DNA of 32,000 nucleotides from Thermodesulfobacteriota bacterium (GTDB lineage: Bacteria; Desulfobacterota; WTBG01; JAGOGO01). The translations under genes were made by a program, and so were the position numbers. The DNA is taken from positions 975,622 through 1,007,621 of the forward strand of contig CP113000.1 in NCBI GenBank assembly GCA_026625185.1, given 5' to 3'. Below are positions 31,576 through 32,000 of this stretch, piece after piece. Each line of letters opens with the position of its first letter. The first letter of the stretch is position 1. Below the pieces are notes generated by a model that was not told where the DNA came from, made no database searches, and was given only the letters and a program-made list of their open reading frames with translations.

Positions 31576-32000
31576 CTAGAAATCGGAGGCCAGTGACCTG
31601 AGCTTAAGCATGCGGAGAAGCCAGTGGGCTCCAAAGGCAGCAAACAAATGTTTGAGTGTATGACCGCTCAATATTCCACCGAAAGCGTAGAGAAAGCTAT
31701 CAAAATGCTCTGCCAGTTTTGCCGCGAGGTAAGCCAGCAGCACGACATATAAATCTCTGCTTCGGGTGTAGGGTGACTTATAGGTAATAATAATGAACGG
31801 GATGAGCAGCATGGGCAAAAACTGCACCAGCGCGTAGGGTCTCAAATCGCCTGCCCCTGATTGTTCCGACCAATGCCAATAAAGCACGCTGCCACAACCC
31901 AAGACTATCAGGGGCCATAGCATCACCCTGCCTAATTTTTCGTGCAGATGTTCAGTGATAATCACGCTGAAAAACGCCATAAACGAAAGGGCCATGGGCA
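31576..32000 (-). CDS. polytopic membrane protein, ceramidase-like (partial, 5' end beyond the window)
   Basis: C-terminal ~140 aa with DLRPYALVQFLPMLLIP and SGHTLKHLFAA blocks, which I associate with the bacterial alkaline-ceramidase-like family. Recognised by eye. The frame runs open to the window edge. Confidence 0.4.
   Translation of the reverse strand, partial: PMALSFMAFFSVIITEHLHEKLGRVMLWPLIVLGCGSVLYWHWSEQSGAGDLRPYALVQFLPMLLIPFIIITYKSPYTRSRDLYVVLLAYLAAKLAEHFDSFLYAFGGILSGHTLKHLFAAFGAHWLLRMLKLRSLASDF

Overview
This is a gene-dense 32-kb bacterial window. I saw no rRNA, tRNA or CRISPR array. All family calls come from reading motifs in the supplied translations and the DNA by eye. No searches or statistics were run, and taxonomy cannot be assigned; selA plus a BCR/HGD-family enzyme only hints at an anaerobe.

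Layout:
(1) 288-8169, minus strand: ordinary housekeeping genes (thpR, cinA, pgpA, a cyclophilin-like protein, a deoxyhypusine-synthase-like protein, gmhA, rluD, an HNH protein, selA).
(2) 8624-18767, minus strand: ten overlapping or abutting genes, visibly more AT-rich. Together they look like a self-contained, non-canonical phospholipid pathway: PlsC-type acyltransferase, rifampin-phosphotransferase-like ATP-grasp/swivel-His dikinase, UbiA-like membrane protein, SAM methyltransferase, DAGK-type lipid kinase, CdsA-like cytidylyltransferase, thioester-reductase-like SDR, radical SAM enzyme, HExxH mini-protein, CDP-alcohol phosphatidyltransferase.
(3) 18768-19960: a non-coding hub with two repeat families, a sigma-54 promoter module, an IS5-like transposase remnant and a sigma-70-like promoter.
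(4) 19961-24935, plus strand: a four-subunit benzoyl-CoA-reductase / 2-hydroxyacyl-CoA-dehydratase-family enzyme (two HGD-D-type subunits and two different ASKHA ATPases) followed by a CooC-like P-loop ATPase.
(5) 25521-31316, minus strand: five predicted lipoproteins of unknown function. They include a tandemly duplicated two-gene unit, and sit behind a textbook sigma-54 promoter with an upstream palindrome and an IHF-like site.
(6) 31576-32000: the 3' part of a ceramidase-like membrane protein.

The best candidate for an undescribed system is the combination of the lipid operon, the neighbouring BCR/HGD (PlsAR/Ger-like?) enzyme and the lipoprotein operon. The lipid operon and the lipoprotein operon are tied together by a duplicated ~257-bp sigma-54 regulatory module and an ~80-bp near-identical repeat.
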